Positions 1 to 12,065 of a DNA stretch of 64,000 bases are shown one piece after another. Origin of the DNA: Octopus vulgaris (taxonomy: Eukaryota); contig OX597820.1 of assembly GCA_951406725.2 (NCBI GenBank), forward strand, positions 27,218,001 to 27,282,000, read 5' to 3'. Under the pieces are notes generated by a model. It searched no databases. It had not been told where the DNA came from and saw only the letters and a program-made list of their open reading frames with translations. The translations under genes and the position numbers were made by a program. Every line of letters starts with the position of its first letter. Within the stretch, counting starts at the first letter, position 1.

Positions 1-1270
1 GCTGGGCATGCCGTGGTTGATGATGCGCAGACACGCGCTGAGACTGCGGCATCTCTGGCTCTATGTAGACGACGGTGAACAGGTGTGGTCGCCGTTTGTG
101 AGGCACGCTTTCCCGCAGCTCGTCTCCATGACCGAACTGCAGTCGTGGATCAAAAAGAGGCCGAGGAAGGGCGAATGGCACCGCGAGTGTCGCGTTGCTC
201 TCAAGCAACTCTGCCGTCCTGGGTCGACCTTAAGTGACTTCAACACAACCAAAGCATTCTATAGGGGTTTAGTGGAGGGGAGGTACGACGACGAGCTCGG
301 GGCGAACCTGGACGTCGACGAGGAGTACCTGACCCGCCTGTTCAGGACGACTTTCGGGCCAGGGCCCATGGACAACTTCCAGAGATCCCTGGCCTGGCAG
401 TGCTACCGAGAAGCGCTACCCGTTCGGGATAAGCTCTACAGACACGGCTCGAGAAACACGGGGCCGACCTGCCCGAGATGCGGTCAGAGCGACGAAACCG
501 TTCTGCACGCACTCGTTCAGTGTCCAACAATTTCCGACCTGTGGGCTTATGTCGAACAACTGCTGCCACGTGTGGGACGAGTCGGTTTATCAGCTGAGTC
601 TATCGTCAATATTGTCACGCCTCCTTCCTTCAAACGGGAAGGAAGAGCTATTTTCATCATCCTTGTGGCTATGGCGAAAGAATGTATCTGGTGGACGCGT
701 CTGAAAGGATTGGAGACAAACACTTTCCTCTCTGGTCAATCTCTCATCAACTTCTTCAAGTACCACTTGAAAAGGAAAGTGAGAGTAGAGAGGCAAGTTT
801 TGTCTAGCGAATGTTTTAAAAAAAGATGGGTGAATGTAGCAAGAATGGCACGTATGAATGACGAAGCCACCTTGAGCATAGTCCTATGAACCCAGAAATC
901 GAAAACAGAGAGTTGCTTATTTGCAAAAAAAAAAAAAAAAAAAGAAATATAAAATGTGACTTCATTGACCGAGGTTACCGTGGTCTTTTCCGTAGGCTTT
1001 TCTTTCCACGGGTAAACCTCACCTGTCCTCCCCTTTACACTTCATATTGACATTTCTGTGATAACGATCCCTATTGATCAATTTTTTTTTCCTATCCCCC
1101 TTTTTTTTTTAACCCCCCTTTTTTTTGTCCTCTTTCTCTCCTTTTACGATCCCTTTTGATCGAAACCCCCCCTTCCTTTTTTTTTTTTTTTTTTTAAACC
1201 TTCAAAAGAAAAGCTCTACCTTGTAATTTGTTCTATCTGTGTGCAGCCCTGTGTGGCTAATAAAGAAACA
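1..1270 (+). mobile_element. Tx1/L1-clade LINE, 3' part (copy 1; runs off the window start)
   Basis: Open ORF2 C-terminus with (G)LGMP motif and zinc knuckle CPRC-x8-H-x4-C; T-rich 3'UTR; ends AATAAAGAAACA directly on (TATC)n. Confidence 0.9.
8..889 (+). CDS. LINE ORF2 C-terminal region (post-RT plus zf-RVT-type CCHC), 5'-partial
   Basis: 293-aa uninterrupted frame: LAWQCYREALPVRDKL...CPRCGQSDETVLHALVQC...AKECIWWTR, typical of an L1/Tx1 ORF2 end. Confidence 0.85.
   Translation: MPWLMMRRHALRLRHLWLYVDDGEQVWSPFVRHAFPQLVSMTELQSWIKKRPRKGEWHRECRVALKQLCRPGSTLSDFNTTKAFYRGLVEGRYDDELGANLDVDEEYLTRLFRTTFGPGPMDNFQRSLAWQCYREALPVRDKLYRHGSRNTGPTCPRCGQSDETVLHALVQCPTISDLWAYVEQLLPRVGRVGLSAESIVNIVTPPSFKREGRAIFIILVAMAKECIWWTRLKGLETNTFLSGQSLINFFKYHLKRKVRVERQVLSSECFKKRWVNVARMARMNDEATLSIVL

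Positions 1271-1346
<76 letters not shown>
1271..1346 (+). repeat. (TATC)n microsatellite between LINE copies
   Basis: Perfect TATC run. Confidence 0.98.
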
Positions 1347-1348
<2 letters not shown>

Positions 1349-1990
1349 CCGACCTGTGGGCTGTCACGTGTGGGACGAATCCGCCTATCGGCCGAGTCTA
1401 TCGTGAGAATTGCTCCGCCCCTTCCCTCAACCGGGAAGGCAAGGCAGTTTTCATCGTACTGGTGGCCATGGTGAAAGAATGTGTGTGGTGGACTCGAGCG
1501 AAAGGATTAGAGACAAACACTTACCTCTCTGGCCAATCGCTCATCAACTTTTTCAAGTACCACTTGAAAAGGAAGGTGAGAATGGAGAGGGAAGTTTTGT
1601 CTCGCGAAAGATTCAAAAAAAGATGGGTGAATGTTGCAAAGATGGTGCGTGCTAGTAACGAAACCATTTTGAGCATGATCCTGTAGATCGTAAAAAAGAA
1701 AGAAAGAGAGCATTTTTGACCTCATGTGTTTATTTCCTCCCTGACTGGGGTTCCCGTGGTCTTTTCTGTAGGCTTTTCTTCCCACGGATGAACCCAATCT
1801 TGTTATATCAATGTTTACACCATTATTTCTGTGATACACGATTTTCTTTTTTTCCTTTTTTTTTCCTCCTCTCGATCCCTTTTGATCGCAATCTTACATC
1901 TTTTTTTTTTTTTTCCAACCTCGAAAAGAAAAGCTCTGCATTTGTATTTGTCCCCTCTGTATTCAGCCCTGTGTGGCTAATAAAAGAAAG
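1347..1990 (+). mobile_element. Tx1/L1-clade LINE copy 2 (diverged subfamily, 5'-truncated, with indels)
   Basis: Homologous to 533-1270 (MVKECVWWTRAKGLETN...RFKKRWVNVA); different 3'UTR; ends GCTAATAAAAGAAAG then TTATCTAT. Confidence 0.88.
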
Positions 1991-1997
1991 TTATCTA

Positions 1998-2849
1998 TTG
2001 AGACTGCGACATCTCTGGCTCTATGTAGACGACGGTGAACAGGTGTGGTCGCCGTTTGTGAGGCACGCTTTCCCGCAGCTCGTCTCCATGACCGAACTGC
2101 AGTCGTGGATCAAAAAGAGGCCGAGGAAGGGCGATTGGCACCGCGAGTGTCGCGTTGCTCTCAAGCAACTCTGCCGTCCTGGGTCGACCTTAAGTGACTT
2201 CAACACAACCAAAGCATTCTATAGGGGTTTAGTGGAGGGGAGGTACGACGACGAGCTCGGGGCGAACCTGGACGTCGACGAGGAGTACCTGACCCGCCTG
2301 TTCAGGACGACTTTCGGGCCAGGGCCCATGGACAACTTCCAGAGATCCCTGGCCTGGCAGTGCTACCGAGAAGCGCTACCCGTTCGGGATAAGCTCTACA
2401 GACACGGCTCGAGAAACACGGGGCCGACCTGCCCGAGATGCGGTCAGAGCGACGAAACCGTTCTGCACGCACTCGTTCAGTGTCCAACAATTTCCGACCT
2501 GTGGGCTTATGTCGAACAACTGCTGTCACGTGTGGGACGAGTCGGTTTATCAGCTGAGTCTATCGTCAATATTGTCACGCCTCCTTCCTTCAAACGGGAA
2601 GGAAAAGCTATTTTCATCATCCTTGTGGCTATGGCGAAAGAATGTATCTGGTGGACGCGTCTGAAAGGATTGGAGACAAACACTTTCCTCTCTGGTCAAT
2701 CTCTCATCAACTTCTTCAAGTACCACTTGAAAAGGAAAGTGAGAGTAGAGAGGCAAGTTTTGTCTAGCGAATGTTTTAAAAAAAGATGGGTGAATGTAGC
2801 AAGAATGGCACATATGAATGACGAAGCCACCTTGAGCATAATCCTATGA
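1998..2849 (+). pseudogene. Truncated ORF2 C-terminus of LINE copy 3
   Basis: Coding part of ORF 1716..2849; the upstream part of that ORF is read-through of the copy 2 UTR. Confidence 0.8.
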
Positions 2850-3219
2850 ACCCAGAAATTGAAAACAGAGATTTGGTTATTTGCAAAAAAAAAAAGAAAA
2901 ATATAAAATGTGACTTCATTGACCGAGGTTACCGTGGTCTTTTCCGTAGGCTTTTCTTTCCACGGGTAAACCTCACCTGTCCTCCCCTTTACACTTCATA
3001 TTGACATTTCTGTGATAACGATCCCTATTGATCAATTTTTTTTCCTCTCCCCCTTTTTTTAACCCCCCTTTTTTGTCCTCTTTCTCTCCTTTTACGATCC
3101 CTTTTGATCGAAACTCCCCCCTTTCCTTTTTTTCTTTTTTTTTTAAACCTTCAAAAGAAAAGCTCTACCTTGTAATTTGTTCTATCTGTGTGCAGCCCTG
3201 TGTGGCTAATAAAGAAACA
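1999..3219 (+). mobile_element. Tx1/L1-clade LINE copy 3 (5'-truncated, near-identical to copy 1)
   Basis: Starts mid-ORF (TGAGACTGC) right after TATCTAT; only a few substitutions versus 39-1270; ends on (TATC)n. Confidence 0.9.
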
Positions 3220-3500
<281 letters not shown>

Positions 3501-3613
3501 ACATTGACACAAACATATATGCATATACTACATATGTAGGTAGATATGAAGTGGCATACATCTATTTTGAATTTCGTCCAACTTTTCTGTACTTATACAC
3601 ACATTTACGCATA

Positions 3614-4488
3614 TACGCTAGGTTAACCAAAAGAAACCGGAATTTTGCAATATTATTTTACTGAATTGCTTTTATATATTTACACTTCTATCGCCCTTAA
3701 TGAATTCTCCATTTGAATCAATGCATCGGTCTAGAAGCGTTTTCCACTGTTCGAAGCAGTTCTAAAACTCCTTTGAAGCGATGACTTTTAACGCTTCCAT
3801 CGTTTTTATTTCTTCACCTCACCAGCTTTCGTCATCAGTAATGATCTTCGAAAAAAGATTCGAATCAACTTCCAACTGTTCTTTCAGTTCACGACACGCA
3901 TTCAGTCGGGACTGCTTTTCATCTTCCCCGAGCAAGCAAGGCATAAATGTTGCTGCAAATCTTTTCATTCGCTCAATATTCATTGGCAGGAGCTCCAGGA
4001 CTCACCAATCATATCAAAAAGCCAATTGCTCAGTGACGGTCCTTCAAGATCAGTTCATGAATTTACGTGATGTTTTCATTCGTTCGGGAGGTCGACGGTC
4101 ACCCAGAACGAGGTTGGTCATCAAGCGTCAAGTGACTATTCCTAAAGTGTGCAAGCTTCTCGTAAACTAGTGTCTTGCTCATGGTGGCGTCCTTGTAAGC
4201 TGCTTGAAGCATGACAACTATTTCGGCTGCCGTTTTCCCCAGCAGAAAACATAATTTTATGGAAGCACGCTGTTCCTTCGTTTGAGTCATCGCAAAAATC
4301 GACAAACAGAGGATAACCGCTTCAAAACAAAAACGCACCACGTGGCAGTATGACGATAACCAACGACGCTGGTCGGCAGACTGATGCCTGAGGGTCGCAT
4401 TAAGTCACTTCTAACGAAGAAAGCTTGAACTACAACGGGCTTGTTTCACAGAGAAAGTTTCAGGTTACTTTTGGCTACTCCCCTCGTA
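3614..4488 (-). mobile_element. Internally deleted mariner-type DNA transposon
   Basis: Degenerate TIRs (TACGCTAGGTTAACCAAAAGAAACCGG versus revcomp TACGAGGGGAGTAGCCAAAAGTAACCTG); HTH N-terminus EQRASIKLCFLLGKTAAE...DDQPRSG at 4099-4341; C-terminal remnant at ~3690-3860. Confidence 0.85.
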
Positions 4489-5005
4489 CGCACACATATT
4501 CGCATATAAACTTTTTGGCCATTGGCAGTTGGCTATCATGCGTAAACAGACTAAGAAGCATATGTCATATCAATACTATGTCGCCATCTTCTCAACGCAA
4601 AATGGATAAAGTCATTATGATTAAAAACTGTATCATTCTACCATCACCAAAAACAAACAAGCGGTGTCCAAAATAACTGCTTGCAATCTAAATAAAGAGA
4701 CGGATGTTATTACACAAGTCTTGCAATAACAACAGACACAGCATAACTATATACGAGACGGTCAAGTTTCCACACTACATGTATAATTTACAGCTTCATC
4801 AAACCTCAAAAGGGAAAATTCGTCAATACAAAATTTGATAGAATAATCTAAAGCTAAAAATAACTTTGGATCACACATGAATGGGTAATGTATGAAAATA
4901 CATTTTCAATACTAAAGAAATTAGGAAAGATAGAATTAGAATCTTTAGTAGAGAATATAAATACAAATAACAAATAAAAGTGTGAAAATCTAACTAAAAA
5001 TATTG

Positions 5006-5231
5006 TTTTCTATTCTAGTTACAAGGTCCGAAATTTTTGGAGAGGGGTTCAGTCGATTAGATCGACCCCAGTACGCAACCGGTACTTAATTTATCGATCC
5101 CGAAAGGATGACAGGCAAAGTCGATCTCGGCGGAATTTGAACTCAGAACATAAAGTCAGACGAAATACCTATTTCTTTAATGCCGCTAAGAATTTCGCCC
5201 GGCGTGCTAACAATTCTGCCAGCTCACCGCC
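5006..5231 (-). mobile_element. SINE B monomer (tail i) with a 13-nt tail-ii insert in the head
   Basis: Head with A/B-box-like motifs, central GTCGAC-rich body, tail i (...CCTTGT..CTAGAATAGAAAA); extra TATTTCTTTAATG at 5170-5182. Confidence 0.85.
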
Positions 5232-5239
5232 CTGATAAT

Positions 5240-5631
5240 CCTGTCAATTATAGGCACAAGGCCTGAAATTTTGGCGGAGAAGAATAGTCGATTATATCAA
5301 CACCAGTATTTCACTGGTACTTAGTTTATCGACTTCGAGAGGATGAAAAGCAAAGTCGACCTCGGCGGAATTTGAACGCAGAACGTAGCGACAGACGAAA
5401 TACCTATTTCTTTAGTACCCACAAGGGTACAGAGAGGACAAACAAGGACAGACAAACGGATTAAATCGATTATAAAGACCCCAGTGCGTAACTGGTACTT
5501 AATTTATCGACCCCGAAAGGATGAAAGGTAATGTCGACCTCGGCGGAATTTGAACTCAGAACGTAACGGTAGACAAAATATCTGTAAGCATTTCGCCCGG
5601 CGTGCTAACGGTTCTGCCAGCTCGCCGCCTT
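5240..5631 (-). mobile_element. SINE B dimer (tail-ii unit plus tail-i unit)
   Basis: Junction GAAATACC|TATTTCTTTA at 5404/5405. Confidence 0.88.
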
Positions 5632-6313
5632 TCTAAATAAAACTATTGGCAACGCAATGTACTCAAAACCATAAAAAACAAGCTAAATAACAAAACACAA
5701 TAAGCTACAAAACCGTGGAACAACTACTAAACAGAGACCAACAAAAGTCTAATTAGAACAAGTCAATCGAAAACAAGAAAGAAATGGAATATGGGAAAGG
5801 TTTAAGAATGCAAAATTATAAAGATAGCAATATGGCTATGAAATAACTTATAGGTGGACAGAATGAAAATGCATAAATATTGCCATGGACAAGCGAAAGT
5901 ACATCTCAAGGAATAAACTTAACAAGGAAATATGAACAACAAAAGCAAATACACATTTAGCCACTGCAAACTAAATAAAAACAGACAGGAACATCAATGT
6001 CACCAGGTTAAATGAAAATTTCTGTGTATCACCAACTGTTGTTACAAAGAAGAGTGGGTACATCTCAGACCGAGCCAATCTGTCGTCATGGAAAGTAAGA
6101 TACAGAAGCATATAGAAAATAAGATAGAAAATGTAGTTTTCATTGAAATCAATAACAAAACGGCTCAAATATAGAATTCTCAGTTGGATGCAAAATGAAT
6201 TAGAAAAATACAGGAAATAAAGACTCTCTTTAAAGTGCACTCACCGAAATCTGACATAGGAGAATTATATTTTCTACGAATACAGAAAGTAGAATCTTCG
6301 TAAAGTAGAAAAC

Positions 6314-6953
6314 TATTGGGCTGGTGCATAATTATTGCGGCTTTTTTTTTTCAACAAATTTTCTTCAATAAAAACAATGACAATATGTAACAAAAACCAT
6401 CTACTTCAATTACTGCTTCCCATTTGCTTGGTAGACGGTCAAACCGTCATTGAAAGATGTTTCTGTTAAATATTGTTATTGCTTTTGTTGAATAAAATTT
6501 GTTGAAAAAAAAAACGCAATAATTATGCACTAACGCAGGAGTGGCTGTGTGGTAAGTAGCTTGCTAACCAACCACATGGTTCCGGGTTCAGTCCCACTGC
6601 GTGGCATCTTGGGCGAGTGTCTTCTGCTATAGCCCCGGGCCGACCAATGCCTTGTGAGTGGATTTGGTAGACGGAAACTGAAAGAAGCCTGTCGTATATA
6701 TGTATATATATGTATATGTATGTATGTGTATGTGTTTGTGTGTCTGTGTTTATACCCCTAGCATTGCTTGACAACCGATGCTGGTGTGTTTACGTCCCCG
6801 TCACTTAGCGGTTCGGCAAAAGAGACCGATAGAATAAGTACTGGGCTTACAAAAAATAAGTCTCGGGCTCGATTTGCTCGACTAAAGGCGGTGCTCCAGC
6901 ATGGCCGCAGTCAAATGACTGAAACATGTAAAAGAGTAAAGAGTAACCAAATA
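6314..6953. mobile_element. Mariner-derived palindromic MITE with its right TIR split by a SINE A insertion
   Basis: TATTGGGCTGGTGCATAATTATTGCG...CGCAATAATTATGCACTAAC | SINE | TAACCAAATA; ~85-bp imperfect arms. Confidence 0.8.
6535..6943 (+). mobile_element. SINE A, full length
   Basis: GCAGGAGTGGCTGTGTGGTAAG head, GGGTTCAGTCCC B-box-like, CORE-like (C/T)CTTGGGC(A/G)AGTG, internal TA/TG repeat, GTAAAAGA tail. Confidence 0.9.
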
Positions 6954-7149
6954 CCATAAAATAACTACGGCAAGTCTAGAAATACAAAGAACGAAAACAA
7001 AATACTTTGTTTTATTTTCAGGAAAAACTCTAAATACAAGGAAGAAGTTGATATAATAAACATTTGACAAGAAAAATAAGAAACAGCAGAAATTTTGGAA
7101 AATCGGAAAGCTAAGCTAGATATCGGACTACAGGCTGTCATAATACTCA

Positions 7150-8420
7150 ATGGTTAGCAACAAAAGCCTTTATAAGGTTAATACATGTAAAGCTAAACAG
7201 ATACTGGAATAGATTAATACTAATCACAGCACTTGGAAACACAAAACCCCTGGCTGAAACAGAAATACATTAACTGTAGTACAAAATCTTAACCTTCTCC
7301 CGAGAAAATGCTAAAAATAACTTATAATGGAGGCGAATACATTAAGTATATTGTAAGACAGAAGAAACAACTAATCATATTTTTGTGGTTGCTCAGTTTT
7401 AGTGAAAAATACATGCATTTATGTTTAAGACAGTGAAGACAGAGTTTAAGCTTTTATGCATAGGAAATCAGCCGAGAATAGTCGATTATATCGACACCAG
7501 TGTTTCACTGGTACTTAGTTTATCGACTTCGAGAGGATGAAAAGCAAAGTCGACCTTGGCGGAATTTGAACTCAAAACGTAGCGGCAGATGAAATACCTA
7601 TTTCTTTACTACCCACAAGGGGCTAAACACAGAGGGGGACAAACAAAGACACACAAAGAGTTTAAGTCGATTACATCGACACCAGTGCGTAACTGGTACT
7701 TAATTTATCGACGCCGAAAGGATGAAAGGCAAATTCGACCTCGGCGGAATTTAAACTCAGAACGTAACGGCAGACGAAATACCTATTTCTTTACTGCCTA
7801 CAAGGGGCTACACACAGAGGGGACAAACAAGGACTGACAAAGGGATTAAGTCGATTATATCGACCCCAGTGCGTAACTGGTACTTATTTAATCGATCCCG
7901 AAAGGATGAAAGGCACAGTCGAACTCGGCGGAATTTGAACTCAGAGCGTAGCGGCAGACGAAATACTGCTAGGCATTTCGCCCGGCGTGCTAACGTTTCT
8001 GTCAGCTCGCTAGATGTTATTGTTATAGACCGGGAAGAAAGGTGTTTCCTAGTCCGTATAACAGTCCTACCAGAATATAAAATATCCCTAAAGTAAATGC
8101 AAAAATTTCCAAATATAAAAATCGGAATATAGAGGTAATCAGAATGTAGTCGTCTCTATTTCGTGATCTTAATATTTGGATAAAACATAACGTGCCTTGG
8201 GAATGATTAACAATGATGTGCTCAACATAAATAATGTAAATCTAAAGACTTACATATATGCTCAACATATAGCAAATAGCATTATTTAACATATCGTACA
8301 AAGCACATATTATGCAGTGTGCGTTTGATGCAGTAAAAATCACAAAAACAACACAAATAGTCAACGTACTGAAGGCATACAGAGCTGCGTAATAAAAACA
8401 CGAAATAACAATAAAAATAG
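7150..8420 (+). pseudogene. Heavily decayed R4/Dong-like RLE retrotransposon 3' region, interrupted by a SINE B array
   Basis: Residual motifs EETTNHI (~7360) and DVIVIDREERCFLV..YKISLK..IEVIRM (8013-8148); followed by TAC/TAA repeats. Confidence 0.5.
7474..8010 (-). mobile_element. SINE B trimer
   Basis: Junctions at 7598/7599 and 7783/7784, period 185 bp; one head only. Confidence 0.88.
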
Positions 8421-8425
8421 TGAAA

Positions 8426-8480
<55 letters not shown>

Positions 8481-8483
8481 ATG

Positions 8484-8541
<58 letters not shown>

Positions 8542-8545
8542 TAAT
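8426..8545 (+). repeat. (TAC)n(TAA)n microsatellite
   Basis: Direct inspection. Confidence 0.97.
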
Positions 8546-8560
8546 CATAGCGAGATCATT

Positions 8561-8923
8561 GCCCTGATGCAGTACCAGACAGTGACTCTCATGGCTTCTG
8601 ATCTTAACTGATTGGAAGTGTTATCATGTACGTTGTTTTGTTTTGGTATTCAAGATGGGCTACAGCAAATACCACAGATTTGCTTGTCAGTTGTTTGACC
8701 ATGTCCTAAATGATGGGTTATCGACCAGAAGAAAATTCTAACTGGGCCCCACCTGCAAGGTCATGCGCTGTTTATCTTGATATGAAATCACCATGTCGCA
8801 CACATATGGTTGTGATGCATGTGCCTGGTGTACCCTTATCAGACGGGTAGTCATGATGGGTATACTGGGCTTCGTATATTTTACCCCAGTGTCACTGTGA
8901 TGACATGCACTGCTCTCTCACTC
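8561..8923 (+). mobile_element. TAA-associated non-autonomous element, internally deleted copy
   Basis: Matches 9362-9915 with central deletions; ends CTC|AATAATAAT. Strand is arbitrary. Confidence 0.75.
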
Positions 8924-9255
8924 AATAATAATTTCATGCACCATAAAGGAATCTGTTGACCAGGAAAAATACAATGCAGTTTGCAATTTGTGTTTACCTA
9001 AACTGCTAAGGGAAACAAAGGGAGATAAAAGAGTATATGAGACAATAGCATACGTTTTATACAAAATATATGAAGATATAGTTCAGGTAGTCCTCATGAC
9101 ACCTGAACTATAGGTGTCTCCGTAGATGAAGGAGAAACTTCAACTACGGCAAATCAGAGAATCAGAGTCAACCTGATCACCAAGAGCAGAAGTCCTGCCC
9201 AAGCTGTTGCTCTCCAATCTCCAACCACATACTGAGAGTGGTTCAGAGCATAGAG

Positions 9256-9348
<93 letters not shown>

Positions 9349-9361
9349 AAGAAGAAGAAAT

Positions 9362-9915
9362 GCCCTGATGCAGTACCAGGCAGTGGCTCTCGTGGCTTCT
9401 GATCTTAACTGATTGGAAGTGTTATCATTTACATTGTTTTGTCTTGGTATAAAAGATGGGCTACTGCAAATATTCTGCTCAATACTACAGATTTGCTTGT
9501 CAGTTGTTTGATCTTAACCAGTTGAGCATGTCCCTTAGTGGCTGACGATATGTGCATCCCTGATCACGAGCAGAAGTAGTGGGGGAGCATTATAGCCATG
9601 TGTTGTGAGGGATTCTTTGGGGTTTGAATAATTCACCTCTGGAAACATGGGAGGTTCGTTCAACATCCTTAAACAACCCTTATTCAGGAACCTTTTGAGC
9701 GGGATGGGTTACTCGACCAGAAGAAAATTCTAATTGGGCCCCACTTGCAAGGTCATATGCTGTTTATCTTGATATGAGATCACCATGTCGCGCACACATG
9801 GTTGTGGTGCATTTGCCTGGTGTACCCTTATCAGACGGGTAGTCATGATGGGTATACTGGGCTTCGTATATTTTACCCCAGTGTCACTTTGATGGCATGC
9901 ACTACTCTCTGACTC
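9362..9915 (+). mobile_element. TAA-associated non-autonomous element (~555 bp, longest copy)
   Basis: GCCCTGATGCAGTACCAGGC...CTCTCTGACTC; flanked by (TAA)n(GAA)n and (TAA)n; five copies or fragments in the window; no ORF and no TIR seen. Confidence 0.8.
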
Positions 9916-9963
<48 letters not shown>

Positions 9964-10334
9964 CCTTTCTACTATAGGCACAAGGTCTGAAATTAGTGGC
10001 GGGGGAGTGTCGATTACATAACATTATTGTTAGGTATAAAGCCATAAAAATGTTTTAGAAAAGCAGTAAAAATCCAAATGACCCAAAATAAACAAAAAAC
10101 CCATTCAATGCTGCAACAAGACCGGTTAATTTTAAAATATGTCACCTGCAGTGTTCAGAACAAAAGTTTCTTTCGCTATTTGACGTAATTTGTGTCAAAC
10201 GGTCCATATTTTCCATATAAAGGCAATGGTGACGATCTTGTATAAATTCAGCCGTTATATAAACTGGTTTTGTTAGTTAATTCCCTTGAATCTACCCATA
10301 TTTTCTTTGTAAAAATGGAATTTCGAAAATGGCT

Positions 10335-10482
10335 TTCATGGCTTTTGATCTTAGCAGATTGGAAGTGTTATCATGTACAGATTTTGTCTATGTGTAAATG
10401 ATAGGCTGCAGTAAATATTCTTCTCAGTACCGCAAATTTGCTTGTCAGTAGCTTGACCTTAACCCATAACCAGTTGACCATG
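10335..10482 (+). mobile_element. Old fragment of the TAA-associated element
   Basis: GATTGGAAGTGTTATCATGTAC...TTTGCTTGTCAG matches 9390-9530. Confidence 0.65.
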
Positions 10483-10539
10483 TCGGCCAAATTACATCTC
10501 TTAACAAATCAGAAATATAAAATAACTAGCTCTTTAGTT

Positions 10540-11040
10540 TCTTACTACCCCTGTCATTATCGATGACAAAAACCTAAGGACACTCTCATATATGCGGAGC
10601 AAAGTCAACGCGGGCGTCTCTTGATGCTGAAATAAGGAACCGTTGAGCAAAAGTTACACATGCTTTTAACAAACTTGTACGTCGTCCGTGGGATCAGCGG
10701 GGAATCTCATTAAAAGCAAAATATTGCCTATCAAGCCGTAGTTAACAAGCGTGATGCGTTTCGTAAATAATTTCTTCAGATCATTGCCAGATGAAACCTA
10801 AATTATGGAATTTCGTATATTTACCCATTCTCTAAAGGTAGAATTAGTGATATTGAAAGCTGTTCTTTTGCAGTGCTAATTAAGATTGATTGGTATATAA
10901 CATTAGAATGAGTGACAACAGAATACCAAATATCGTTATGATGAAACAAAGGATGACCTAAACAGGGGTACAAGGGAAAAGCTCAAGGCTAATCTGTGAG
11001 CAAAAAAGATCTATCCAGAAAATTTGAAAGAAATCTGTAT
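10540..11040 (+). pseudogene. Decayed RTE-clade LINE, RT C-terminal region
   Basis: SLDAEIRNR*AKVTHAFNKLVRRPWDQRGISLKAK...RMSDNRIP with frameshifts. Confidence 0.65.
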
Positions 11041-11049
11041 CCTCTTGCG

Positions 11050-11434
11050 TACTCTTTTACTGTTTTATTTGTTTCGGTCATTTGACTGCGGCCATGCTGG
11101 AACACTGGCTTTACTCGAACAAACCGAGCCCAGACTTGATTTTTTGTAAGACTAGTACTTAATCTATCGGACTGTTTTGCCGAGCCGCTAGGTTACGGGG
11201 ACGTAGATACACAAACATCGGTTGTCAAGTGAAGGTGGTGGTGGTGGTGGGGGGGCAAACGTAGACAGACAGACAGACTGACACATACATACTCATATGT
11301 GATAAGTTTCAATTTCCGTCTACCAAATGCACACACAAGGCTTTGGTCGGGTCGAGGCAATAGCAGAAGACACTCGCCCAAGGTACCACACTGCGTGGTA
11401 AGCAAGCTACATACCATACAGCCACTCCTGCGCC
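11050..11434 (-). mobile_element. SINE A
   Basis: Reverse complement of the 6535-6943 family, with an internal deletion. Confidence 0.85.
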
Positions 11435-11596
11435 TAGTATTAAGTCTTTGTTGGTCATGAGTGATACTCGTAAGGCAATATTCATATAAAGCAACTACAT
11501 GGCCGGTGGATCGGTGACTTGATTGGTTCCACTACCTTGATATATATATAAGGATATATATAAGAAAAATACAAAATCAATAAAAAAAAAGTGAAT

Positions 11597-11820
11597 ACTC
11601 TTTTACTCTTTTACTTGTTTCAGTCATTTAACTGTGGCCATGCTGGAGCATCACCTTTAGTCGAGCAAATTGATCCCAGGACTTATTCTTTGTAAGCCTA
11701 GTACTTATTCTATCGGTCTCTTTTGCCGAAGCGCTAAGTTACGGGGACGTAACCACACCAGCATCGGTTGTCAAGCGATGTTGGGGGGACAATCACAGAC
11801 ACACAAACACACACACACAC

Positions 11821-11867
<47 letters not shown>

Positions 11868-12065
11868 CATATATACATATATACGACGGGCTTCACTCAG
11901 TTTCCGTCTATGAAATCCACTCACAAGTCTTTGGTCTATCAAATCCACTCACAAGGCTTTGGTCGGCCCGAGGCTATAGTAGAAGACAAGGTGCCACGCA
12001 GTGGGACTGAACACGGAACTATTTGGTTCGTAAGCAAGCTACTTACCTCTGAGCCACTCCCACGC
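11597..12065 (-). mobile_element. SINE A with internal (CA)n
   Basis: Family match. Confidence 0.88.

Noticed and set aside
1716-2849. 377-aa ORF as an intact protein gene
   Set aside because: The first ~94 codons are the T-rich 3'UTR of LINE copy 2 read in frame by chance. Only the part from ~1998 is LINE ORF2.
6535-6943. Naming SINE A, B or C as the published octopus OK/OR1/OR2 families
   Set aside because: Plausible, but the consensus sequences cannot be verified without a database search.
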